The position numbers and the translations under genes are program-made. DNA of 45,931 nucleotides from Ilumatobacteraceae bacterium. GTDB lineage: Bacteria; Actinomycetota; Acidimicrobiia; Acidimicrobiales; Ilumatobacteraceae. The first letter of the stretch is position 1. Each line of letters opens with the position of its first letter. The stretch covers positions 1 to 45,931 of the forward strand of contig JBKJXI010000009.1 in assembly GCA_046716325.1 (NCBI GenBank), read 5' to 3'. Shown here one piece after another: positions 36,525 to 45,129 of the stretch. Under the pieces are notes generated by a model, which worked only from the letters and a program-made list of their open reading frames with translations, was not told where the DNA came from and made no database searches.

Positions 36525-37595
36525 ATGGCTTATCAGGCTGAATACATCTGGCTCGACGGCCATAAACCAACGCCTACGCTGCGCTCAAAAACAAAAATCA
36601 TTCCCAACGGAGAAAAGACTCCGCCAATCTGGGGATTCGATGGATCTTCCACCGAACAGGCGACCGGAGAATTGTCGGATTGCATCTTGAATCCGGTATT
36701 CAGTTGTCCAGATCCAATTCGCGGTGGAAAGAACATTTTGGTGTTGTGCGAGGTGCTTATCGCGTCGACCGGCGCTCCGCACCCAACCAATACTCGAGCG
36801 GCGTGTGCGGTTGCCGCCAAAAAGTTTGCAGCGCACGGGATGATCTATGGCATCGAACAGGAATACACGATGATGCGGCTCAATGGTCGACCGTTGGGAT
36901 TCCCTGAACTGTCCGGCGAACCAGAACCGCAAGGTCCCTACTATTGCGGCGTAGGCGCTGGTCGAGTGATGGGTCGAGAAATCATCGAAGAACATACACA
37001 GGCGTGTCTGGATGCGGGGCTAAACATTTCGGGCACAAATGCAGAGGTGATGCCCGGCCAATGGGAGTTCCAAATCGGCCCCTCGGACGCGCTAGCCGTC
37101 AGCGACCATTTGTACATTGCGCGATGGTTGCTGAGTCGAATCGCCGAGGACTTCGATGTGGTCATCTCATTGGATGCGAAACCGCAAAAAGGTGACTGGA
37201 ACGGAGCGGGAGCCCATACGAATTTCTCGACCGCGGCCATGCGCTCAAGCTACAAACCGATCGAAGACGCCTGTCACGCACTCAGCAAGCGAATCATGGA
37301 GCATGTAAGCAATTACGGGCACGACATCGAAAGCCGACTTACCGGTAAACACGAAACTGCGCCATTCAACAAATTCACCTTTGGCGTATCTAATCGTGGC
37401 GCCTCGGTCCGCATCCCTTGGCAGGTGGCCCGCGACAAGAAGGGTTACGCCGAGGATCGCCGCCCAAATGCAAACTGCGATCCGTATGTCGTCACCCGAC
37501 TCATCTTGGAGACCGTCTGTGGCGCGGCCAAGACCCCAGGGAGTTCAAAGATATCGGGGAAGAAGAAATCGAGCAAGAAGAGATCGGGTAGGTGA
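36525..37595 (+). CDS. glnII: Glutamine synthetase type II (eukaryote-like GSII) with a polybasic C-terminal tail
   Basis: Motifs AEYIWLDG, GIEQEYTM, GTNAEVMPGQWEFQIGP, NGAGAHTNFS and NRGASVRIP. Confidence 0.88.
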   Translation: MAYQAEYIWLDGHKPTPTLRSKTKIIPNGEKTPPIWGFDGSSTEQATGELSDCILNPVFSCPDPIRGGKNILVLCEVLIASTGAPHPTNTRAACAVAAKKFAAHGMIYGIEQEYTMMRLNGRPLGFPELSGEPEPQGPYYCGVGAGRVMGREIIEEHTQACLDAGLNISGTNAEVMPGQWEFQIGPSDALAVSDHLYIARWLLSRIAEDFDVVISLDAKPQKGDWNGAGAHTNFSTAAMRSSYKPIEDACHALSKRIMEHVSNYGHDIESRLTGKHETAPFNKFTFGVSNRGASVRIPWQVARDKKGYAEDRRPNANCDPYVVTRLILETVCGAAKTPGSSKISGKKKSSKKRSGR

Positions 37596-37653
37596 CGTCA
37601 AGCAAGTGACTTGGGCATAGGTATTTGTGCCGCTCAAACGGCAGACTTAGGGG

Positions 37654-39000
37654 ATGTCCGGAATGCATGAGCAACAGCGCGACTATGTGCTTCGCACCGT
37701 CGAGGAGCGAGGCATTCGACTCGTCCGGCTGTGGTTCACCGATGTACTTGGCAATCTCAAGAGTTTCGCCATCAGCCCGGCGGAAATGGAAAATGCGCTA
37801 AACGATGGAATGTCGTTCGACGGGTCATCCATCGACGGCTACAGCCGCGTCCAAGAAAGCGACGTCTTGGCTATTCCAGACGCCAACACTTTTGAGGTGT
37901 TGCCGTGGGTCGATCCAAAGGGAGCAGAGGCGCGAGTATTTTGCGACATAGCACGCTTGGACGGAACGCCATTTGACGGAGATCCTCGACAGGTGTTGAG
38001 GCGAAATCTGGACCGCTCACGCAAGAAGGGATATTCGTTCTATATTGCGCCGGACATCGAATACTTCTACTTTGCTCCACCGATTTCGGGACAACAGCCG
38101 GTCCTTCTCGACGAGGGCGGTTTCTTTGATCTGACGAGCACCGACATTGCAAGTTCGTTGCGCAAGGAGACAATTCGGACCCTGGAAACAATGAGTATCC
38201 CGGTGGAATACAGTTTTCACGAGGACGCGCCCAGCCAACACGAGATCGATCTTCGACACACCGATGCCCTCACAATGGCCGACAGCGTGATGACATTTCG
38301 ATTCGTTGTGAAGGAGATTGCCGCCCTTCATAATGTGCACGCGACATTCATGCCTAAGCCATTGGAGAACATTCAGGGGTCTGGAATGCATTTGCATTTG
38401 TCGCTCTTTTCCGGCGAGGACAACGCTTTTCACAGCTTCGACGACCCGTACAACCTCTCGCCGACGGCGAAGCATTTCATGGCTGGGCTGTTGCGGCACG
38501 CCGCGGAGATCACGGCCGTGACCAATCAAACCGTCAATAGTTATAAACGGCTTGTCCCGGGCTTTGAAGCCCCCGTTCACATCTCATGGGCCCGCAATAA
38601 TCGAAGCGGGCTCATTCGAGTGCCAATCCCGAAACGCCAAAATGAGTCCGCGACGCGAATCGAATATCGATCTCCCGATCCGGCGTGCAATCCGTATCTC
38701 GCATTTTCCGTCATCCTGGCCGCCGGCTTGCGAGGTATCGAGGAAGAATATGAATTACCTGCCGAGGCGGACGCAAACTTGTTTGAGATGGATGATGCCA
38801 TGTTGGCAAAACTCGGGATAGCCCAATTGCCCCAATCGCTATCCGAAGCGCTCCGAGTGATGGAAGGTTCCACGTTGGTCGCGGAGGCACTCGGCGATCA
38901 CATTTTCGAATGGTTTCTGCGCAATAAACGAGACGAATGGCGCGATTACAAGACTCACATTAGCCAATTTGAACTCGGTCGCTACTTACGGGCTCTATGA
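37654..39000 (+). CDS. glnA: Glutamine synthetase type I (GSI-alpha / GlnA2-like)
   Basis: Motifs VRLWFTDVLGNLKSF, FDGSSIDGY, MPKP...GSGMHLHLSL and NRSGLIRVP. 448 aa. Confidence 0.88.
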   Translation: MSGMHEQQRDYVLRTVEERGIRLVRLWFTDVLGNLKSFAISPAEMENALNDGMSFDGSSIDGYSRVQESDVLAIPDANTFEVLPWVDPKGAEARVFCDIARLDGTPFDGDPRQVLRRNLDRSRKKGYSFYIAPDIEYFYFAPPISGQQPVLLDEGGFFDLTSTDIASSLRKETIRTLETMSIPVEYSFHEDAPSQHEIDLRHTDALTMADSVMTFRFVVKEIAALHNVHATFMPKPLENIQGSGMHLHLSLFSGEDNAFHSFDDPYNLSPTAKHFMAGLLRHAAEITAVTNQTVNSYKRLVPGFEAPVHISWARNNRSGLIRVPIPKRQNESATRIEYRSPDPACNPYLAFSVILAAGLRGIEEEYELPAEADANLFEMDDAMLAKLGIAQLPQSLSEALRVMEGSTLVAEALGDHIFEWFLRNKRDEWRDYKTHISQFELGRYLRAL

Positions 39001-39719
39001 CAAACCACTCTTCCGCCAACCCGACAGGCGAATCGGTAAACAACATGGTGGCCGTGTTCCCTACTCCGCCGCCGATCGATTTAGCCCGCACGCTCGACCT
39101 CGCCGGCTATCGGTGGAAAGCTTCCGGCTCGGGTGCCGAGGCGGCGCAGAACGAACCGACTGAAGGTTGGGCCGGAGCCGTTGTGATGTGTGACGACGAT
39201 CCGGAAGGCGGATGGGCATTTTGTCGGTCGCTGCGAAAGCGTGATGTGCCGGTCCAGCGCGTCCTCGTGATGGTGAGTGGAACACAACTTCCCGATCTAG
39301 AGCTGCGTGACGACCTGTTCGATGATTTCTGCCTCGCTCCATTTCATCCGCGCGAACTCGAAGCGCGACTTCGACATTTGTTCTGGACCGAGTTTTCCGG
39401 CAAGCTCGAGTCTCTGGTCGAATACGGCGGGTTGGTGCTCAATCTTGAGACATATCAGGCGTCGTTTGGCGGTCAGCCACTTGATCTCACATATATGGAA
39501 TACGAATTGTTGAAGTTTCTGGCCCAGAATCCCGGCAAGGTGTTTTCGCGCGAGACTCTGCTGTCGCGTGTCTGGGGTTACGAGTACTTTGGTGGGGCCC
39601 GAACTGTGGACGTGCACATTCGACGACTTCGCGCCAAACTCGGCGAGGAGCACGCCAACCTCATCCAAACGGTACGAAGCGTCGGATATCGCTTTGGCCA
39701 ATCGAAGTGGTCGACCTAG
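38997..39719 (+). CDS. glnR: OmpR-family orphan response regulator GlnR (nitrogen regulator)
   Basis: The C-terminal winged helix DLTYMEYELLKFLAQNPGKVFSRETLLSRVWGYEYFGGARTVDVHIRRLRAKLG...VRSVGYRF closely resembles Streptomyces/Mycobacterium GlnR. ATGA overlap with the glnA stop. Confidence 0.75.
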   Translation: MTNHSSANPTGESVNNMVAVFPTPPPIDLARTLDLAGYRWKASGSGAEAAQNEPTEGWAGAVVMCDDDPEGGWAFCRSLRKRDVPVQRVLVMVSGTQLPDLELRDDLFDDFCLAPFHPRELEARLRHLFWTEFSGKLESLVEYGGLVLNLETYQASFGGQPLDLTYMEYELLKFLAQNPGKVFSRETLLSRVWGYEYFGGARTVDVHIRRLRAKLGEEHANLIQTVRSVGYRFGQSKWST

Positions 39720-39771
39720 GACGCGGCCACGAGTCGGGTAACGGCCACGTGCCGCAGCACGGCGACCGAGG

Positions 39772-41058
39772 CTAACGGTTGAGTTTTTGCATCCGAGTTG
39801 CAAGTTGACGATGCCGTTTCAACATTTCGTCAACCTTTGTGTTGACAAATTGACCGTCACGGACCACAAATTGACCCCGCACAATTGTGTCGCGTGCCGA
39901 AACTGGTCCGCATCTCAGCCACGCCTCGATTGGATCGGAGATCGCTCCGGCGAATTGGGGACCGGTAAGCGACCACACAGCTAGATCGCCCACCGCGCCG
40001 GGGCTAATTTCTCCAATCTCGCCGACCCGGCCGAGACAGCCGGCTCCTCCACGGGTCGCCAACTCGAGCGACATCCGAGCGGAACTGGAGGCTGGCCCGC
40101 TTCGAAGTTTTGATAACAACATTGCCTGACGGGCCTCAAGCCATAGCGATGCCGAGTCGGCCGAGGATGAACCGTCGACTCCGATGCCAACATGCACTCC
40201 GGCCGCGCGCAGCTCGGCCACAGGCGCAATTCCGGACGACAAAATGAGGTTGCTGCTCGGGCAATGGGCCACTCCGATTTGTGCACGACCAAGTCGCTTG
40301 ACTTCCTCGGGGTTGGGCATCACGCAATGGGCGACCCACGCCCGATCGGTACACCAGCCAACATCTTCGAGATACTCGGTCGGGCGACATCCAAAGGTTG
40401 TTAGCGAGAATGCGTCGTCTTCGACATTTTCGGCGAAGTGCGTGTGCAAACGAACATCATGTTGCTCCGCCAGATTCGCAGTCTCGATCATCAGACGCTT
40501 GGTGACCGAAAAGGGCGAACACGGCGCGAGTGCGATGCGTACCATTGCGCCAAAACTTCGGTCATGATGTTGCTCAATGGCTTGTTTCGACTCGGACAAA
40601 ATTGAATCATCGTCCTGCACCAAACCGTCGGGTGGCAACCCACCGTCCTTCTGCGATAGCGACATTGATCCGCGGGTCGGGTGAAATCGAATACCTAGTT
40701 CGGTCGCGGCAGCGATCTCGGCGGAAAGTAAGTTGCCTGCGCCCGCAGGGTGCACATATAAATGGTCGGAGGTGGTGGTGCATCCCGAGAGTGCAAGTTC
40801 AACCATCGCAATCCATGCGGAAACATACGCGGACTCTTCGTCGAGAGCGACCCACAGTGGATACAGCGTTTGCAGCCAGCCAAATAATGGTGTGTTGGTC
40901 ATTGGCAGATAAGCACGTGTGAGATTTTGGAACATGTGATGGTGTGTATTCACCAATCCGGGAGTTACCAAGCAATCGGTAGCATCAATCACGGTCGTGG
41001 CAACCGGCTCGGTTCCGCCATGACCAACTCCGCTAATCAAGCCGTTTGTGATCGCCAC
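39772..41058 (-). CDS. Amidohydrolase-superfamily deaminase (8-oxoguanine/guanine/chlorohydrolase-like)
   Basis: Motifs PGLVNTHHHMFQ, HTHFAE and GVDGSSS. Coordinates use the first canonical start (GTG 41058), but homology-like sequence continues upstream to about 41148 (see findings). Confidence 0.8.
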   Translation of the reverse strand: MAITNGLISGVGHGGTEPVATTVIDATDCLVTPGLVNTHHHMFQNLTRAYLPMTNTPLFGWLQTLYPLWVALDEESAYVSAWIAMVELALSGCTTTSDHLYVHPAGAGNLLSAEIAAATELGIRFHPTRGSMSLSQKDGGLPPDGLVQDDDSILSESKQAIEQHHDRSFGAMVRIALAPCSPFSVTKRLMIETANLAEQHDVRLHTHFAENVEDDAFSLTTFGCRPTEYLEDVGWCTDRAWVAHCVMPNPEEVKRLGRAQIGVAHCPSSNLILSSGIAPVAELRAAGVHVGIGVDGSSSADSASLWLEARQAMLLSKLRSGPASSSARMSLELATRGGAGCLGRVGEIGEISPGAVGDLAVWSLTGPQFAGAISDPIEAWLRCGPVSARDTIVRGQFVVRDGQFVNTKVDEMLKRHRQLATRMQKLNR

Positions 41059-41144
41059 CCAGCCACCAGGAATTTCACTTCGCTGTTGATCGACGGTCGC
41101 GACCAGCGTCGCATTGCGAACGCAGAGATCAACTTTTGCGGTAT

Positions 41145-41300
41145 TCAGATATTTAACTCGACTAGCTCGCTACCCTCGTGGCGAATTTCGGCATCTCGGC
41201 AAAGAACATGACCAATGAGAGCGGCGACTGCGACGGTGGACATACCGACCACTATCGGAAATCCGAGCAGAACTGCGACAAGAACTACCCCGCCGGCCAT
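41145..41300 (-). CDS. Small (51-aa) predicted membrane protein
   Basis: ATG 41300 lies 2 nt after the RidA TAG. Sequence is MAGGVVLVAVLLGFPIVVGMSTVAVAALIGHV... Its TGA (41147-41145) overlaps a possible CTG start of the amidohydrolase. No homology evidence. Confidence 0.35.
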   Translation of the reverse strand: MAGGVVLVAVLLGFPIVVGMSTVAVAALIGHVLCRDAEIRHEGSELVELNI

Positions 41301-41302
41301 GG

Positions 41303-41698
41303 CTAGGACTTCGCTGGCTTGTAAGCCCACGCTTCAATTTCAACCGCACCGCCAAGTGGCAACGCGGCCACGCCAATGGTGCTGCGAGCGGGGCGACTTG
41401 ACCCGAAGCCCGCCGAATACGCGGTATTAAATGCTGCAAAATTATCCATGTCGGTGAGAAAGCAGAGCGTCTTTTTCACGTCTGCGATCGTTACGCCTGC
41501 GGATTTTAGGTGGGCCCTGAGATTGGCGATGGTTTGCGTTGTTTGTGCGCCGACCCCACCGCTCACGAGCTTGCCTTCTAGCAATCCAAGTTGCCCTGAC
41601 ACAATGATCCAATCTCCCGCTCGCACGACTGGTGTGTACGGTCCGACTGGCTTCGCACTACCTGATTGCTTACTTTTTGATGTAGCCATGGCGACCAT
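41303..41698 (-). CDS. RidA/YjgF-family reactive-intermediate deaminase
   Basis: Motifs GPYTPVVRAGDWIIVSGQLG and PARSTIGVAALPLGGAVEIEA. Start is ATG 41698 or 41689; the longer ORF-track start at 41764 is less likely. Confidence 0.8.
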   Translation of the reverse strand: MVAMATSKSKQSGSAKPVGPYTPVVRAGDWIIVSGQLGLLEGKLVSGGVGAQTTQTIANLRAHLKSAGVTIADVKKTLCFLTDMDNFAAFNTAYSAGFGSSRPARSTIGVAALPLGGAVEIEAWAYKPAKS

Positions 41699-42614
41699 CG
41701 TAGACCCACACCCAACACCTACAATAAGTCGAGTGCCGACACTTTCGCGTCGCCAACTATTCATTGGTGCTCTCGGAACACTGGGTCTTGGCGCGACAAC
41801 TCAATTACTTAATTCGTGTTCGTCCGGTTCCATCTCGTCTCCTAATCTGCCAGAAGATGTGCAACTCGTGCAACGATTTCCGGGACTACTTTCGCCGGGA
41901 GTGATTCGGATGCCGATCTCGTTGGCCAATCAACAGGGACTTCTCACCGTCGACGATGGTCAACAGCCCGAGTTGCTCACCGCTCAACTTGTTAATGCCG
42001 ACACGGGTGCAATTGTCGTCCAGTCACTTTCGGCGGCCAAGCATTCCTACGAATTGACGATTGCGTATTGGCCGTTTCGCGCCGAGGTCGCGGAGCCCGG
42101 AATATATTCGCTTGTCGTCGATGGCGGCCCAAAGGATGGTGTGGCGGTCCAAGTTCTTGATCCAGCCCAAGTTCTCGTGCCGAAAATCGGTGCCGCACTA
42201 CCGGGTTTTGATACCCCGACTACTGATAATCACCGTGGGGTGGAGCCAATCTGCACACGAACACCGGAACAATGTCCGTTTCATCACATCACTCTCAACG
42301 AGGCATTGTTGATGGGTAAGCCAATCGCCTATCTAGTTGGTACACCCGCGTATTGCTCGACCGGTGTGTGCGCACCCGGGTTGGAAGGACTAATTACGGC
42401 GAGCAACAGATTTGGGGACGCATTTAGCTATCTTCACGCTGAGATCTACATCGACAGCACCGCGGCCACGGTCGCCCCCGCCGTGGAGGCACTCAACATG
42501 ACGTATGAGCCGGCGCTGTTCATAACCGACGGGAAGGGATTGGTAACCGATCGACTCGACGGAGTGTTCGACGCCGACGAAATAGTGGAACGCCTTACGG
42601 CGATAACTCTCTAG
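41688..42614 (+). CDS. Tat-signal (possibly lipo-)protein of unknown function with paired Cys motifs
   Basis: From ATG 41688: ...LSRRQLFIGALGTLGLGATTQLLNSCSS (twin-arginine motif and an imperfect lipobox). Later CTRTPEQCPFHH and YCSTGVC. The first 104 codons of the ORF-track call are antisense to RidA and were trimmed. Confidence 0.6.
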   Translation: MATIVDPHPTPTISRVPTLSRRQLFIGALGTLGLGATTQLLNSCSSGSISSPNLPEDVQLVQRFPGLLSPGVIRMPISLANQQGLLTVDDGQQPELLTAQLVNADTGAIVVQSLSAAKHSYELTIAYWPFRAEVAEPGIYSLVVDGGPKDGVAVQVLDPAQVLVPKIGAALPGFDTPTTDNHRGVEPICTRTPEQCPFHHITLNEALLMGKPIAYLVGTPAYCSTGVCAPGLEGLITASNRFGDAFSYLHAEIYIDSTAATVAPAVEALNMTYEPALFITDGKGLVTDRLDGVFDADEIVERLTAITL

Positions 42615-42621
42615 CTAGAAG

Positions 42622-42951
42622 TCAGCTGAAGCTATTGCCACAACCGCACGTGCGGGTCGCACTTGGGTTGTTGATCTTGAAGCCGGCGTCTTGCAGACCA
42701 TCTTGATAATCAAGGCTGGCACCTTCGAGCAATTGTGACGACGCTTGGTCGACAACGACGCGCACATCACCAAACGTCATCGTCTGATCTTCTGTCGAAA
42801 TATCTCCGTCGAAGAACATCTCGTACGAAAACCCTGAGCATCCGCCGGGACGGACAGCTACGCGTAATGCAAGATCGGTGGCGCCTTCGGCCTCGAGCAA
42901 TTGCTTGACCTTGGTGGCGGCTGTATCGGTGAGAGTAATCATCGCTTTCAT
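42622..42951 (-). CDS. A-type iron-sulfur cluster carrier (IscA/ErpA/HesB family)
   Basis: Motifs LRVAVRPGGCSGFSY and a C-terminal CGCGNSF. Confidence 0.9.
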   Translation of the reverse strand: MKAMITLTDTAATKVKQLLEAEGATDLALRVAVRPGGCSGFSYEMFFDGDISTEDQTMTFGDVRVVVDQASSQLLEGASLDYQDGLQDAGFKINNPSATRTCGCGNSFS

Positions 42952-43023
42952 TGTATCCGTTCACCAACGTTCTGTGCCAAGCAAGGCATGAATTATCTCG
43001 TGGCAGAGCGGTAACTTGTAACC

Positions 43024-44235
43024 ATGGCCGAACGACGGGTGGCGCCCCCGAGCGTTGAAGAAGTACGAGATCTATTGCGGGCCGTGATAGACCCCGAACT
43101 CGGCGACAACATCGTCGATTTGGGCATGGCGACTGGGGTAAGCGTGTCGCCGGATGGTTTGGTGTCGATAGGTATCAAACTCACGATCAAGGGATGCCCA
43201 TTGCGGGCACAGATCAAAAACGATGTGGAAGGTCGTGTGAGTCGACACCCCGGCGTGACCAAGGTCGAAATTGAGTGGGGCGAAATGAATGCGGACGAAC
43301 GAACAAACGTGATGACTCGTGCTCGTTGGAATGCCCGCGAGCAGGCACCCGACACACAGATTCCGTTGAATACCCGAATATTGGCGGTTGCCAGCGGCAA
43401 GGGCGGAGTCGGCAAGAGTTCGGTGACCGTCAATCTCGCGGCGGCATTGGCCCAGCAAGGGCATGTCGTGGGCGTACTGGACGCAGACATTTGGGGATTT
43501 TCCATTCCTCGAATGCTTGGGATGTCAGATCGACTCGAGGCGCGACGGATGAACGGAAACACCAAGCCTCAGATCATTCCCAATGAGCGAGTCGTCGGAA
43601 AAGGTTTACTCAAGGTGGTCTCAACGGGGATGCTCGTCGATGACGAGAGCACGGCCCTGATGTGGCGAGGACTTATGTTGACCAAGGCAGTCGAGCAGTT
43701 TCTGAAGGATGTTCACTGGGGTTCCCTCGATTTCTTACTGATCGACATGCCACCGGGCACGGGAGATGTGCAAATGGGTCTGGCCCGGATGTTGCCACGA
43801 ACCGATCTGATCATTGTCACGACGCCGTCGGTCTCTGCCCAAAAAGTTGCCATTCGTGCCGCCGATATGGCCCGACGCAGTTTCCTTCGTGTCGCGGGAG
43901 TGATTGAAAACATGAGCTCGTTTACCTGTGAACACGGAGTCTCACATTCGTTATTCGGCGAGGGTGGCGGCCAAGCCCTCGCCGACGAGATCGGAAGCGA
44001 ACTGCTCGGCCGCGTTCCGATCGAATCCGCAGTTGCTTACGGTGGAGACATCGGCGAACCCGTGACAATCGGCGGCGACAGTGCCGCCGCGCACGAGTTT
44101 CGAGCGATCGCCCAACGGATCGTGGCTGAGACGGTTCCCGCGATCGAAATGGCGGGGTGTTCGGCACGTTTACTCGATGCCGTAGAAGTCGCATTCAAAA
44201 CGAAATCGACCGCTCGTTCAGATCAATCCTCGTAG
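43024..44235 (+). CDS. Mrp/ApbC/NBP35-family Fe-S cluster carrier ATPase with an N-terminal DUF59 domain
   Basis: DUF59-like DPELGDNIVDLGM, Walker A VASGKGGVGKSS and FLLIDMPPGTGD. Confidence 0.9.
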   Translation: MAERRVAPPSVEEVRDLLRAVIDPELGDNIVDLGMATGVSVSPDGLVSIGIKLTIKGCPLRAQIKNDVEGRVSRHPGVTKVEIEWGEMNADERTNVMTRARWNAREQAPDTQIPLNTRILAVASGKGGVGKSSVTVNLAAALAQQGHVVGVLDADIWGFSIPRMLGMSDRLEARRMNGNTKPQIIPNERVVGKGLLKVVSTGMLVDDESTALMWRGLMLTKAVEQFLKDVHWGSLDFLLIDMPPGTGDVQMGLARMLPRTDLIIVTTPSVSAQKVAIRAADMARRSFLRVAGVIENMSSFTCEHGVSHSLFGEGGGQALADEIGSELLGRVPIESAVAYGGDIGEPVTIGGDSAAAHEFRAIAQRIVAETVPAIEMAGCSARLLDAVEVAFKTKSTARSDQSS

Positions 44236-45029
44236 CCGGGTTGACCTGGCAAAACAACACCGACCACTTTTCCATCGCCGTCAGTTCGGAGTCGCGGCAA
44301 AATAGTTGTCGGGACACCGATCTGTGACGCAGCGGTAAGCACATCGCTGGTGGATTGGCGAGCGGCCAGAAATTCGAGATTCTTGATCGTCGGCGGAATC
44401 ATCGCCAGTTCGCCGCGCTCACATCGTTTCAGCGCTTCTTCGGGCGTCACCCATAAACTGGCAATCGTCTCGCCGTCATCGTGCAACGGATCTTGTGCCT
44501 GGGGCGCGCGAGCCACAAAGAATCGCGTATCAAACCGACGAGATTCCCCAATCGGCGTGATCCAGTGACTGACATAGTGAATCGAATCTGTGACGAGATG
44601 TAAGTTCTCGCGAGCGCACAGTTGCGTGATCGTCAAAGTGCCGTCATGAATTCGTTGCCTTGCTTCGGCGAATCTTTCCACCACGTCGGCGTTGTCAAAT
44701 CGGAGGAACTCTTCACCGGTTGCATGGCGAGCGAGCAATACACCCGCTTCTTCGAAGCACTCCCGAATGGCCGCCACCCAATATGCGAGACCTCCGACGG
44801 GAACCTGCAACAGATCGCTCGCTTGTTCGTCGCTCATTCCGTCACACAACTCTTCGAGTTCGCTTGCACTGTCGCCTTCATCCACTCGCCCACCGGGGAA
44901 CACATACATTCCCTTTGCAAACGCTGCCGACAATGTCCGCTGAAGCATGAACACCTCAAAGGTGGTCGTGGTTCGATCACGGATCAGCATCACCGTGGCC
45001 GCCGGTCGAATTGGAACTTCTGTGGACAT
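44223..45029 (-). CDS. NUDIX-family hydrolase (split Nudix box)
   Basis: FPGGRVDEGD ... AAIRECFEEAGVLL. 268 aa. The 3' end overlaps the convergent mrp gene by 13 nt. Confidence 0.7.
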   Translation of the reverse strand: MSTEVPIRPAATVMLIRDRTTTTFEVFMLQRTLSAAFAKGMYVFPGGRVDEGDSASELEELCDGMSDEQASDLLQVPVGGLAYWVAAIRECFEEAGVLLARHATGEEFLRFDNADVVERFAEARQRIHDGTLTITQLCARENLHLVTDSIHYVSHWITPIGESRRFDTRFFVARAPQAQDPLHDDGETIASLWVTPEEALKRCERGELAMIPPTIKNLEFLAARQSTSDVLTAASQIGVPTTILPRLRTDGDGKVVGVVLPGQPGYED

Positions 45030-45129
45030 CGATCGAACTCTATTCAGCGCACTTGTTTGAACAACTACCGTGGCTCAAAATGTCAACCCGCGCAGCAGGC
45101 AGTAGGTTGCTGACGTGGTCGAATCTTCA

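Noticed and set aside
37592-37652. GTGAC-n9-GTGAC, the TGACGTCA palindrome and a 5-bp hairpin between glnII and glnA, considered as GlnR/CRP sites or a terminator.
   Set aside because: The spacing does not fit the n6 GlnR geometry, the palindrome is short, and the hairpin lacks a T tract. The evidence is too weak to call.
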